A stretch of DNA of 64,000 nucleotides, taken from the NCBI RefSeq assembly GCF_009914755.1, contig NC_060938.1; one strand, given 5' to 3'. Source of the stretch: the human T2T-CHM13v2.0 reference genome, Homo sapiens. The notes beneath the pieces are model-generated. The model had not been told where the DNA came from. It saw only the letters and a program-made list of their open reading frames with translations, and searched no databases. Each line of letters starts with the position of its first letter. The first letter of the stretch is position 1. A program made the translations under genes and the position numbers. This document shows, one piece after another, positions 26,720-48,609 of the stretch.

Positions 26720-27065
26720 GGGTTGGGGTGCATAAATAAGGGATTGGGGCACAGAGATAAGAGGATGGGGCGTGGAAATAAGGGATTGGGGCACAGAGAT
26801 AAGAGGTCAGGGCACAGAAATAAGGGATTGGGTGCAGAGATAAGAGGTCAGGGCATGGAAATAAGGGAACGGGGCACAGAGATACAAGGTTGGGGTACTT
26901 GCCCTTCCTCCAGAAAAGCGGGACTTGCTAAGGGTGAAGGAGAAGGGGTTGGGGGTTTCTTGCCCCCCAGAACGGCGGAGAAGGGGTAGAGACACAGAGA
27001 GAAGGGGTTGGGGTACTTGCCCCTCCCCCAGAAAAGCAGGACTTGCCGCTAAGGGTGAAGGACCA
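26720..27065. repeat. Tandem repeats in the HERV-H leader
   Basis: Alternating 'gaaataagggattgggg/cacagagataagagg' units, plus a duplicated 'gggttggggtacttgccc..ccagaaaagc.ggacttgc..taagggtgaagga' block. Confidence 0.8.
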
Positions 27066-27476
27066 AGGCAGGTGTCCCTGCGTGGTCTGACACCTCTGAA
27101 ACGTGGATGAATAATCAGAGGCGTCCCTGCAATGATTAAACACCAAGGGAAGGCTGCCTTCCCAGTCCGTGACTGGCGCCGGAGTTTTGGGTCCACGGAT
27201 AAAACGTGTCTCCTTTGTCTCTACCAGAAAATGAAAGGAATTGAAATTAAAAGAAGGGAGAGATTGAAGTGTGGTGTCAAGATTGAAAGGAGAAAGAGAT
27301 TGAGGGATAGTGAGGGAGGTTGGAGAAGAGAGTAAAAAGAGGCCACTTACTGGATTTGAAATTGGTGAGATGTTTCTTGGGCTGGTTGGTCTGAGGACCT
27401 GAGGTCGTAGGTGGATCTTTCTCACGGAGCAAAGAGCAGGAGGACAGGGGATTGATCTCTCAAGGGAGGTCTCCCG

Positions 27477-27494
27477 ATCCGAGTCATGGCACTG
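27477..27494 (-). other. Primer-binding site complementary to tRNA-His (degenerate)
   Basis: Plus strand atccgagtcatggcactg versus tRNA-His 3' end atccgagtcacggcacca (3 mismatches), immediately inside the 5' LTR. Confidence 0.85.
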
Positions 27495-27496
27495 AA

Positions 27497-27889
27497 TTTC
27501 ATGTGCGTCCATGTGAAGAGACCACCAAACAGTCTTTGTGTGAGCAACATGGCTATTTCACCTGGGTGCAGGCGGGCTGAGTCCAAAAAGAGTCAGTGAA
27601 GGGAGATAAGGGTGGGGCCATTTTATAGGATTTGGGTAGATAAAGGAAAATTACAGTGAAAGGGGGGTTGTTCTCTGGCGGGCAGAGTGGGGGTCACAAG
27701 GTGCTCAGTAGGGGAGCTTTTGAGCCAGGATGAGCCAGGAGAAGGAATTTTGCAAGACAATGTCATCAGTTAAGGCAGGGCAGGGCATTTTCACTTTTTT
27801 ATGATTCTTCAGTTACTTCAAGCCATCTAGGCATATACATGCAAGTCACAGAAGATGCGATGGCTTGGCTTAGGCTCAGAGGCCTGACA
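27497..27889 (-). promoter_or_regulatory. HERV-H 5' LTR (LTR7 family) promoter
   Basis: Homologous to 19445-19841; TATAAAA on the minus strand at 27621-27627; AATAAA deleted. Confidence 0.9.
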
Positions 27890-29234
27890 GATAGTTCCTG
27901 TCTAAATAAAATTGGTCTCCTTATACAATCCTACGATAGATTTCTATGTTATGTTTGATTTGGCATCCATCTTTAATGTTCCTCTAGCACCACTAGCCTT
28001 TTTCTTTCTGTACCTTATGATGTAAATTTTGCTATTTGATTTTCACCTGAGTTGTTTCCTTTAATATGCACATTTAAGGCTTTTTATCTGACAACTGCCT
28101 TGAGTTGTGAAACAGGTTATCAAGAATCTGAAAGTCTAAGATGAGGGGGAAAAAGGTCTTTATTAATCTATAAGATATTCTTCTATCAGCAAGCCTAATA
28201 CATCTATGTATTTATGTGTTGTGTACACAACATTTCACTACTGAAAATATATGAGAGGTCTAATTAATTGGCTAAATAAAAATAAAAGCACTTAAATACT
28301 TTATCAGAAAAAGGAAAGACTAGTCAAATGCTTTTTCAAGTTTATGAGACTTAAAATCATTAATAAATAAACTAGCTTTAAAATTATTGGTAAAGTAGTA
28401 TTAGAAATGTCTTAAGAATTGCCAGCATACATTTTTATTTGCATTTATTAATCAAGCAATTTCATACTTATCCCTACCAAATACTATGAGGTGTCAGAAT
28501 TTGGCACAGGGGTTACAAAACTATAAACCTAGCCTAATACAGAATAATCTTTGCTTGTGTGATCTTTAATAAATAAGACATTGATATTGGTTTAATGGAA
28601 ATAACTACATCTTGAATTATTTAGTAAAACTAACATAACTTCTAATCTTGTGGCTTTAGGCAGCATAGTCCACAGGCAGTAAGGAGATTTGTTTTGGGAA
28701 AGGACTGTTACCATCTTTGTTTCAAAGCTAAACTATAAGTTCCTCCCAAAGTCCAGAAATGAATAAGGACAAGCTTGGAGGTTAGAAGCAAGATGGAGTA
28801 AGTTAGGTCATATATTTTTCACTGCCTCAGTTAGAATTTTGTAATGGTGAGTTTCATAACTTTAAATGATGACTATCATAGTTTTCATAAATAATCTAGG
28901 TAAATGAATAAAATAAAATAATTAGGTAAATATAATGGGATAAATACTTGTAGACAAATGTCATAATTTAGAATCTAAAGTTAAATTAAATGATATTTCA
29001 TTATTTGGGTATTTTCCGATAAAAATATATTGTAGGAAAACATTCTTTCTAAAAAAAAGTGTCCTTTTTAAAAAGGTGAACAATTTTCGTCTAATTAAAA
29101 GCTTATTTAAAGGTTATGTATAAAACAAGTTTAAAGGAACCAGGAAATAGGGGAAATGTAAAGAACGGTATGAGATAAAGAGGCATTTTTTGGTAAGAAA
29201 GCTTAAAAAGAAATAATTTTACATGAGAAAGCAT

Positions 29235-29944
29235 TGAAGCCATTTTGTAAAAATCATAACTGAGAAAATTATGACAATGAAAGATATCAGACCTAACTGA
29301 CCCCATCTTGCTTCTAACCTCTAAACTGTCCTTGTTCATTCCTGGGCATAGGCCAAACTAGCTTTGGGAAGGGATTTAGTGTATAGTTTATATAATAGCC
29401 CTCCCCAAAAGGCTAAACTGTTCTTATAAAACAAATGAAAGGCCACCAGCCACCAAGTCAAGATGAGAGGGGCTGGAATTCTAAATATTACCCGCCATTA
29501 TTCCACAGGTCATTAGATTTACAACTTCCCCAATTACTCTTGAAGGTAACGTCACTATTGTGAACCTAAGATCGTCCTTTTGAGATGTCTTTTCAGGTTT
29601 TTGCATTTTTAACAACCAGATGGCCCCACCTGGATCTGCCAACCAGTTCTGTGGCTCCCACCCAGGAACTGACTCAGCAGATGAGAACAGCCTGGACTCC
29701 CTATGATTTCATCCCCAAGCCAACCAATCAGCACTCCCAATTCACTGTCCCCATCCCCCACCCACCAAATTAATTTTAAAAACACAAATACCAGAGTTGT
29801 CAGGGAGACTGATTTGAGTAGTAATAACATTCTGGTCTCCTGCACAGCCAGCTCTGCATTAATTACTCTTTATTACAATTGCCCTGTCTTGATAAATTGA
29901 CTCTGTCTAGGCAGCAGATAAAGCGAACCCCTTGGGCAGTTACA
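29235..29944 (+). mobile_element. LTR8-family solo LTR inside MER4 internal sequence
   Basis: TG...CA termini; 'ccatcttgcttctaacctctaaactgtccttgttcattcctgggcatagg' and '...gaaccccttgggcagttaca'; flanks gcat/gaat. Confidence 0.8.
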
Positions 29945-30700
29945 GAATCTTGTACGGTAAATTTAGACCTAGAATAAAATGACTGGTTGTTTAAGAAAGA
30001 GGAATGTTCAGGACAAACCAGAAAGTCCAAACATATCATTAATGGTCTGTGTAAGTCACAATAAAAGGTTTTATTAAAAAAAACATTTATATGATCAAGT
30101 TATCTGTAATTAAAGGGAAATTATAATGGTCTTTCTAGAGATTGGGCTTGATGTAAAAAAAAAAACACTTGTACACTAAAGAATTGATTAGAACAATAAA
30201 ATTCCCTAAAGGGATTGATTTACTCTTAATAAATTATAAGAGATTTTAATTTTTTAACCCAAAGTTTAATGTTTAGTGCATCTCACTGTTTCTGGTTTTC
30301 TCTCCCCTTTTAAAAGGCATGAAATAATAACAATCTCCTTCAACTCATTTTCAGCTCATATTTTTTTTTCTTCAAGATCTGTTTGTTGTAGCCTGATGCT
30401 AACAATACTTTCTTAAAGATGTAAAGGAAATGTTTTCTTACAAAATAATATTATGTACATTGCAGAAGGTCTTTTTCCTTTTGGTAACTGGCCTAACAAA
30501 TTTTACATTTTATTAAAATAATTTCTATATCATTATTATTAAAGTTTTGCTTTGCTTAGGAAAAAACTGAGATTAATTTTTTTTTTTAATTGAGGTTCTT
30601 ACATCCATGTATCTTTATGTGATTTAAAAGTACTTGTGACATTAAGTTACAGGGCTTTGACACTTGGGTCTAAAAAGGACACCAAGTCTTGCTAAATCTT

Positions 30701-37156
<6,456 letters not shown>

Positions 37157-37556
37157 TTTCTAACTCTTAAACACTGACAGCAATTAAAGCCTCATCTTCA
37201 GGCCCCATAGAAGATGCCAATCAAAATAAACTACCTTCTTGAGACACAGGCCCAGAAATTAAAGCCGTTCAACTCCACAAGGCCCAGGGACTATTGTGGA
37301 AGAGGTGGGCATGTGAGATTGTGAGGGCCGATTTTAAGAGATAAAATAAGTTCAGTTTCTCTACAAATTAACCATTAATGTCAAAGTCACACCTCTGCAA
37401 GACTAGCATATGGGTAAAATTTGAAAAACAAATTTAATTGGCTTCATGCTATTTTTATTAGGGCTTATTATTTGGAAAATTAAGTCTTCTCTCTCAAAGA
37501 ATGAAGGTTTTCTCTTTTTTGAAATCCTTGAGTTATCACTTTGGTTAAATGAATGA

Positions 37557-37996
<440 letters not shown>

Positions 37997-38651
37997 TAAT
38001 TAATCCTTTAAGATATTATTAATAGGATCCCTAAAGTCAAAAAATGACATGTTTGGCTTATTTGATATAGAAATTATACAGGAAGCATTGTCAAATATGA
38101 AATGGTATTTGGTTTTTCTTTGGGCCGTATTTGTATAAATATGTTGCTGGTATGTGTTCCAAAATTATGGGAAACTCCTATAATTCTGATATGACTTAGT
38201 GTATGTTATCAGTAATAATTATAATTGTTATGTTAAATTATTGTGTGACACAGAGGTAACAAATTTCCTTGTCAATTGTGTCTTTGACTACGGCTGCCCT
38301 TCTTGTCTTGTTTTGGTCCTCTTTAGAAGGTGGTTTTATAATCAGCTATAAAACTCTTAACAGGTGCTCTTGAATGCAGTTTTCTGATAGCTTTGGAGAT
38401 TGTGACATCAGAATAGAGGAGAAACTTTCAGGGCTCATAGAGAGTTGAAATGCTCCTGAATAACAAACAGAATAGGAATTAAGTGCATGGACTAAACTAA
38501 TAGAATAAAACGTTGCTGATCCTTTGTTTTGTTTTTCAGAGTCAAAAAGACTTTTAAGCTATTTACAGCTTTTAACAATTGAGTAAAGTATATTCCCTTT
38601 GTTTCTCTCTACCTGATTTCTACATAATTTGGGAACTATTTGTGAATATTC

Positions 38652-38951
<300 letters not shown>

Positions 38952-39525
38952 TGTGAGTATTCTTAATTTATGATAATAGTTATTTGCATAAGTACAATAA
39001 GAATCTGTTTTCATTTGTAACAGGACACAATTGGAGAAACTGGTTATTTTACCAAGGCTTTGACTGGAATGGTGTGCTTTCCTTTAAGGAATCAAACTTG
39101 ACTTATGGAGCCAATATAAGCCCCTTGGAAAAACTGGCCTTATATCTTTGTCTACACAGTCCCTGTACAGGGTTCCTGACCTGTGGTAAGTAAAGAATGT
39201 CACTTTCTGACAGGCTCAGGAGCCCCAAGTTTATCTTGGAACCTGAAGAAGAGAGGAATTCACCCAACTCATAAGTATTTGATGGTCCAAATCCATGGCT
39301 GGGCTCAGCTTTAAAAAAGTCTTATGTGAGATTCCTTCTATGGAACAAAATTCCATCAAAGCCAATTTAAAAGCCTATGTAAAAAATAAATAATTATTCT
39401 TGCTGCACTATATACAAATAATCAAGCCAAGTATAATAAAGCAAATCAGTCCTACCATGATTTGTCTTTTGTAAAAATGGAAAACTAGAGAGAGAAAAAT
39501 TATATTTCAAAAACTGTAGTACACT

Positions 39526-39893
39526 TAATATGGTTTGGCTGTGTCCCCACCCAAATCTCATCTTGAATTGTAGCTCCCATAATTCCCACACGTTGTGGGA
39601 AGGACCTGGTGGGAGATAATTGAATCATGTTGTGGGGGGCAGTTTCCCCCATACTGTTCTCATGGTAGTGAATAAGTCTCATGAGATCTGATGGTTTTAT
39701 AAGTGGAAATCCCTTTTGCATGGTTCTAATTTTCTCTTGTCTGCCGCCATGTAGGACATGACTTTTGCCTTCTGCCATGATTGTGAGACCTCCCCAGCCA
39801 CATGAAACTGTGAGTCCGTTAAACCCCTTTTTCTTTGTAAATTACCCAGTCTTGGGTATGTCTTTATCAGCAGCATGAAAATGGATGAATACA
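39526..39893 (+). mobile_element. THE1 (B/C-like) solo LTR in MER4 internal sequence
   Basis: 'atatggtttggctgtgtccccacccaaatctcatcttgaattgtagctccc...aataca'; flanks acact/acacc. Confidence 0.9.
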
Positions 39894-40443
39894 ACACCTG
39901 TTGTTAGATTCTAGTCTTGTCTAATGTTTTTCAATTTTTATTATTTTCTACAGTTTGGACTGAATTCTAATTTTTCTTGGCTACAAGCCTGCAAAATAAT
40001 GTTTTCCATTTTTTCCTTCTTTTTTTCCCCCATTTTTCCTAATTTGGAACCACCAAAAACTAAGCTGTGCTTTTGTAAAGCCCTGTGAACTGAAGCTAGA
40101 CAACTAAACTTCAGAAGAAAGTAACAGCAACCTGTTTACATACATAAGCCACTTTCATACCTGCCTACTGATATATGGACTTCATAGTAATGTGGCCTAT
40201 ATTGATTTCCCAGGATTGTTCTTTAGTTTGATGTTGCTTTTCTCCCTTCCTCCCCCTATTTTCTCTTCATAGAATATAAGACTTCACAACCTGCTGAAAA
40301 TGAGCTTTCCTAATAACTCGGGACCTACCTGTCTAGGAATAAACCATCCTAAACATGAAAGATCAGAGAAAATGTGAGACCAGAGACTCATTTTCTTCTA
40401 AAGTCCTTTCTCCAAAAGATTTTTAAAAAGATAAAGGGGGAAA

Positions 40444-40916
40444 TTTGAAAGGAAAATAAATCTTGGGGCCCCCAAATCACTAAGCTAAAGGGAAAAGTCA
40501 AGCTGGGAACTGCTTAGGGCCAACCTGCCTCCCATTCTATTCAAAGTCACCCCTCTGCTCACTGAGATAAATGCATATCTGGTTGCCTTCTTTGGAAAGG
40601 CTAATCAGAAACTCAGAAGAAATGCAACCATCTGTCCCTTATCTGCCTATGACCTGGAAGCCCCCTCCCCACTTTGAGTCCTCCCGCCTTTGCTTTGAGT
40701 TGTCCCGCCTTTCCAGACCGAGCCAATGTTTATCTTCTATATGTTGATTGATGTCTCATGTCTCCCTAGAATTTATAAAACCAAACTGTGCTCTGATCAC
40801 CTTTGACACATGTCTTCAGGACCTCCTGAGGCTGTGTCATGGGCATGCATCCTCAATCTTGGCAAAATAAACTTTCTAAATTAGCTGAGACCTGTCTCAG
40901 ATTTTTGGGGTTCACA
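40444..40916 (+). repeat. MER4A-like 3' LTR
   Basis: Preceded by a purine tract (aagataaagggggaaa); AATAAA near 40866; ends TTCACA. Confidence 0.85.
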
Positions 40917-43321
40917 AGCATGTTATCCGTTAAGTGATAAGATCATAGAGAACTTAAGTGAACCCATTCTGCATACAAAATTCAGTGCATATTATGGCGA
41001 GTGGGAGTATCTGAACTTGTAGTTCATCTGGTTTTTACTTTACAAAGATAAGACTAACTCCGGTTAATTCCCATGTCTAGAGAAACACAATATAATTTGG
41101 CTCCGCACCTGAGATGCTCTCCAGCCATGATGGTAGAGTTCCTCATTCTAGGGATTATGGACCCAGGCCAAGCCTGCTCCTTGATACTGAAAGTAAGCAG
41201 CAGAATCTGCCTAGCAATCCTTAGGGAACCTGTCAAGTGTCTGGAACCTAATACCCAAAAGAGAAGGGCCATTTTATGCTGGCCCTCCTCTTCCAGTCCT
41301 GTTTTCTATCTGATGCAGCAGCGCTGGAGCTTTGTGGCAGATGTATTCCTAAGTGGTGGAGGGTGGTCCAGGGAGGGAAGTATGAAATGCAATTTAAGTA
41401 ACCAGCTTCTTTGGCGGAGGTTGGGGAGATATTTTCTATAGCAGATAAGAGAAGAATAAATGGTTACAGGATTTCAATACTTTGTTACTGGATATGGACT
41501 GGTATATGAAATGAAATAAATGTCCAGACAGGTGCTAAGAATTTAAATAGTTCACTTGTTATACCAAGATTATTTCACGAGATACACGCAATTCAAAACT
41601 GAATCCTGCATCTCTCTTCCAAGTTCTCAGTCCAGAGAATGAACTTTTGTGAACAGAGGAAAGGGAGAAATGAAGCTTGGGATTGGGAATAGATGTGTTA
41701 GAGGCTAAGAGGTGGAAATGTTGGCGTTCTACCCACTACAGGGACCCACCACCCAAAGAGCACACCATCGCAAGATAAGATGACTTTCCTGTGAAATCCA
41801 TTCCCCCCTTGAGGTCTGTGGCCTGACATAGATCTGGGACAATCTGGGAGATACACTCTAGTTACTTAATGTTAAGGAACATTAGGGAAATGGAGCCCAA
41901 GAAAGTTAAGTCTAATCCTGGGATCATAGACTGGACTCTCAGCACACATGAAGCTTTCAGACATCACTTATAAATAGATACTCCCTTCCCTCACTCAGGC
42001 TTCATACCCAGTGGAAAAAATGTGCTCCTGATATCTGTATGTCCCTGACTTGTCTGCTTTTGTTGGGTCTTGAGTCATGGGTAATATTAGGCATATAGCC
42101 ACTCCCTTTCTCTGCGTTCACACAGGCCCATCCATTCATTCAATAAATATTTTCTTAGCATGTACCTGCCAAGCATGGTTATAAATGCCAGAGATATTGT
42201 ATCTCTTCTCAGGGCCTCGTATTCTCAGCCACATTCACAAATAGAGACATACAGACTTTATTGGAAAAAAAATTAACTGGCTCCTACACAACACTTTAAA
42301 CTGAGGTGAACAAGACTGTCTTCACCTGGTAGTCAGGGTAACTGGGTTTCAGCCCAGAATCTTCCACCAACCAGCTATGGGACCTCAGGCAAGTCACCTC
42401 TCTTTTCAGGCCTCATCTTCGTCTTCTGTAAAGTGAGACCCTTGGTCTAGGATGGGTGATCTCTACGTTTCTTTCTCAATTTCACATTTTGTAACTCTCT
42501 CATTCTTTAATAAATATAGGCCCTGTATCTGTTGTAGGAAAAGCTGAGATTATTTTCTGGGGGAAATTGATAACAAACCTAGATTTTTTTTCCTAGTGAA
42601 CTGTAGGGACTAGTGTATTTTCTGAGCCACATCAGGAACTGTGTCCTGAGCCCAAGAAATGGTATAGTACAGGCCTCTCGGACCTTCACATACCCAAACT
42701 TCAGAGAAAGCTCACATTACAAGCAATTAATATAGCATAGCAAAGGAAGAGAAGAGAGGTGACAACTGTAGTGGCTTCTTGCCCCGCCTTGATGAGATGG
42801 GAAGGGGAATCTAGCAGGTGGGGCAGACAAGGCTGCCCTTGGGGCAGTTTGTGCTTCACAGTGTTGTGAAGTCCAAGAAAGAGGGTTTTGTCAAGATTCT
42901 TTTTTCTGTGTGTTTAAACAGAGTTATACTACAATTGAATTAGTGTTCTCACCCAGACCTCCTGCCATAAAAATCATCAAACAAGCCTGGAAGAATGTTA
43001 CTGCAGGGACTTTGCCAGCAGAGTGCTAGGATTTCTGGAAGCTGGGTATCTTCTCACACACAGTGGCCAGCATTGGCTTTGGAGTTTCTTGTTTTCCTAG
43101 CACCTGAGGAAAACTTTGATTTGCCCCAGAAAGACTGCCCAGGTCCAGGGCAATGCTATTTGACATCGTATCCTCGGTGCGTGGGAGTAAATATGCCCCC
43201 TTCAGGTGTGGCACAGACTTGAGACTTATGCTGAGGTCAGGCCTCACAGCTGCCTCCCAAGGCTACTGTCCCAGATGGCCCCTTCCCACACACCGGCCAC
43301 CATGGAGGGATTAGCATGCAC

Positions 43322-43502
43322 GTGTGTGTGTGTGTGTGTGTGTGTATGTTTGTGTCTTTGTGTCAGTATTTCTGTGAAGGAGGCAGTCCAAGGGACCAGC
43401 AGGAGGATTTGTAGCTGGTGTGTGTGTGTGTGTGTGTATGTTTGTGTTTTGTGTCAGTATGTCTGTGAAGCAGGCAGTCCAAGGGACCAGCAGGAGGATT
43501 TG
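43322..43502. repeat. Tandem duplication of an ~90-bp unit headed by (TG)n
   Basis: Two copies of (TG)n-atgtttgtgt.tttgtgtcagtat.tctgtgaag.aggcagtccaagggaccagcaggaggatttg. Confidence 0.9.
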
Positions 43503-44698
43503 ATTATTACTGCCTAGAGACATCTGACGCAGGGGAGCCCTGGTTTCTTGTGGTTGATATACCTGGGCAAGGAAAAGGGAGCTGAGAAGCAATCAGAGAA
43601 AGTTGAGCAAAAAGGATGAAGGCAGGAGGAAATAGCTGAAAGAAGACAGAAGAGCCCAGCTCAGACACAGGTGATTAGCAGTTCCTCAGGGTTCCTTTGG
43701 GAACCCTGAGGGTTCCTGAGCAGTTCCTTTGGGGTCCAGGGTTTGTGAGGCTCTGCTGGACTACAGGCATCAGCCACCCCTGAGGGAGGCAGCTCTGCAC
43801 AAAGAAGATACAGTAGCTGGAGGAGCCAGTTCATCCAGCCAGGAATCTTCTGGCCTCACAGCATCTAAAGGGAAAATGCAGAGAGAACAAGTCAGGATTC
43901 TTGATTATGGGACTCCCTGTGGAGGGCAAGGCCCTAGCAAAAGTTGGACATCATCTAAGAGTTCTGGCTTCAAAACTCAGTATTGTGTGGTCTTTGTGCA
44001 CCCTCTTGTGGAGTGAGCAGTGACTCCTGAAGGCTTGCCCAGACCAGGATCATTTCCGTTGGGAGTATCATAGACCAAAGTCCATCCTCAAAATCTGGTC
44101 TCCACTCTCACAAAAGGAATGCACACAAATGTCATCCAACTGAAAGTCCTATTTCAGAAACCTTTTGTCCACTCTCCTTCTATTATTCTAGTAATGATTA
44201 CAGTAGGCTAAACATTGTTTAAGTTTCAAAAGGCAGAAAAGCAGAAATTTTTTTAAAAAAAACAGTATTATATGAAGCAATGCTTGTAGAACAATCTATC
44301 ATCTGTAAGCAGACTATTTTCCTTGTACTGATCAATACTACTCCTTTATTACCTATCTTATCTTTCCTGTCTCTCCACTGAGTTCCATGTATACCTCACA
44401 CAGTCACACAACTGTTGACACAGTCAAAACTGCAGTTCGCAGATGAGGCAACTGGAACTCAAAGAGGTTATGTAATTTGTGTAAGATTACACAGTTTGTA
44501 AGTGACAAAGTCCAGAGTCCAATTCAGGGCTACCAGTTTACATGGTTTTCTACTGAACTTCACTGTTTGCAGAAAAGAGATATACAAAAACATTTAGATA
44601 GATCCTTCCACCCACACAGAATTTATTGCTACTAATTGAACAGACTACTGAGTAATGTTATTAAAATATTGTTTTAGGTGTGACATTTTGATAAGAAC

Positions 44699-45317
<619 letters not shown>

Positions 45318-45997
45318 GATAGGGGGATTTCTTGAGTTACTTCTTGTGTGGTACAGTATAAACCATCTCCTCTCTTCCCTATGAAATTATTAGTAAATGT
45401 TACATTGATTACTAATACTTTGTATTGAAGTAAATTTTTTTTAGGGTGGGGAACTCAAAGACAGTGGTAGGAAACAACCAATTAACTGCATTGTAAATTT
45501 AAATGTTCCCATGGACTTTCAAAAACAAAAGAAATCCACATCTTAAACTGAAATGTTAACACCTTACCAGGATCTTGGAAAGCCCAAGAAAAATACCTTC
45601 CACATCAGGTCAGCTCAGCTTTGCTGTTGTGGTAGAGAGAGAGGAGAGGAAGAGAAATGAGGCAGAACATTTCAAAGAAACATTCCCTGCCCTTGTGCTT
45701 ACAGTCTTACCATATCCTAATGCCATTCCTGTAGGTGTTTACTACCCCACCTTCTGTTGTACAGTTAGAGAAAATGAAGTCCAGAAGGAGGCGACAACTT
45801 GGCTACGTCTCCGCAAACTCCCAGTTTCCCAAGTGCCCTGCTTTTTAGGCCCCATTGAATCAAATGATATGCCAACACTCAGTTCTACCCTTTATACTCC
45901 ATGAAACACCCAGTCCTGGGCTGATGCCTCTTATGAAACTGACCAGTAGGGTTGGAGCACTATTTCTCATTATCTCTACCTCTTTGCTGTAGTATGA

Positions 45998-46427
<430 letters not shown>

Positions 46428-46429
46428 TA

Positions 46430-46960
46430 GTCTATAGGTATGTCTTTCTTATAGCAACCCAGCACCACATAAAAGCTGCAATTTCAAAATGAGATAAAAA
46501 GATAGTTTGCAAAAAGTGCAAGGTTTTCACATCTGCTGGCATAGCTGCAGTGATGGCTTCACAATTTTTCTTTTTTTCTTTTTCTTTCCTTTTTTTTTTT
46601 TTTTTTTTTTACAAAGGCCCTTATGCTGGAGTCATGTATCTTGAAATCGTGGGCAACTGCACTGCAGACCTCAATCTATGGTACCTATCAAGCATTTCAA
46701 CTTTTTATTATAATGTCATGACTTTTATCTGCTTCTTAGAGCACTTTGAGCATCAATTAGTGGCACTCTATGGGTTCCATGGTGTTATTCAAGGTTTAAG
46801 ATATTGCAGTAAACATGATGAAAAAATATGTGAGAACTGTGAGATATCACTTTTTACTGCAATGTAAATTTACTGGAGAGGAACTGCTTACGTGGAGATG
46901 ATTAGTGGCATATATATTCATATTTGCAACATATCCTAAAGACTCTTCAATATTTGTTGT
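46430..46960. mobile_element. Probable Tigger-like DNA transposon fragment
   Basis: Resembles recalled TcMar-Tigger internal sequence ('aaacatgatgaaaaaatatgtgagaactgtgagatatcactttttactgc'); family not certain. Confidence 0.35.
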
Positions 46961-47004
46961 AATTTTGTCTTTATTTCTTATTTGAAACAGTTTTAAGAGT
47001 ATGT

Positions 47005-48495
<1,491 letters not shown>

Positions 48496-48609
48496 GGAGG
48501 GTTGCTTGAGCCAAGAAGTTTGAGACTACAGTAAGCTATGATTGTGGCATTGTACTCCAGCCTAGGTAACAGAGAAAGACCCTGTCTCTAATGTATATAT
48601 TTTTTTCTA

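Larger units (their letters stand above)
19445..27889 (-). mobile_element. HERV-H provirus (LTR7-gag-pro-pol-env-LTR7), about 8.4 kb, env-retaining, defective
   Basis: Two homologous ~395-bp LTRs, tRNA-His-type PBS, PPT, recognisable gag/pol/env remnants; flanks aatag/gatag (4/5 TSD). Confidence 0.95.

Noticed and set aside
26720-26890. Regularly spaced short repeats that superficially resemble a CRISPR array
   Set aside because: Eukaryotic context, no unique spacers; these are HERV-H leader tandem repeats.
27477-27494. tRNA-His-like sequence
   Set aside because: Only the 18-nt retroviral primer-binding site, not a tRNA gene.
26807-27512. 194-aa and 129-aa ORFs in the HERV-H leader
   Set aside because: Pre-gag leader frames in C-rich, stop-poor sequence; no evidence of translation from sequence alone.
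41054-41441. 122-aa ORF in unique sequence beside the MER4 3' LTR
   Set aside because: No recognisable homology or convincing splice structure; length is compatible with chance.
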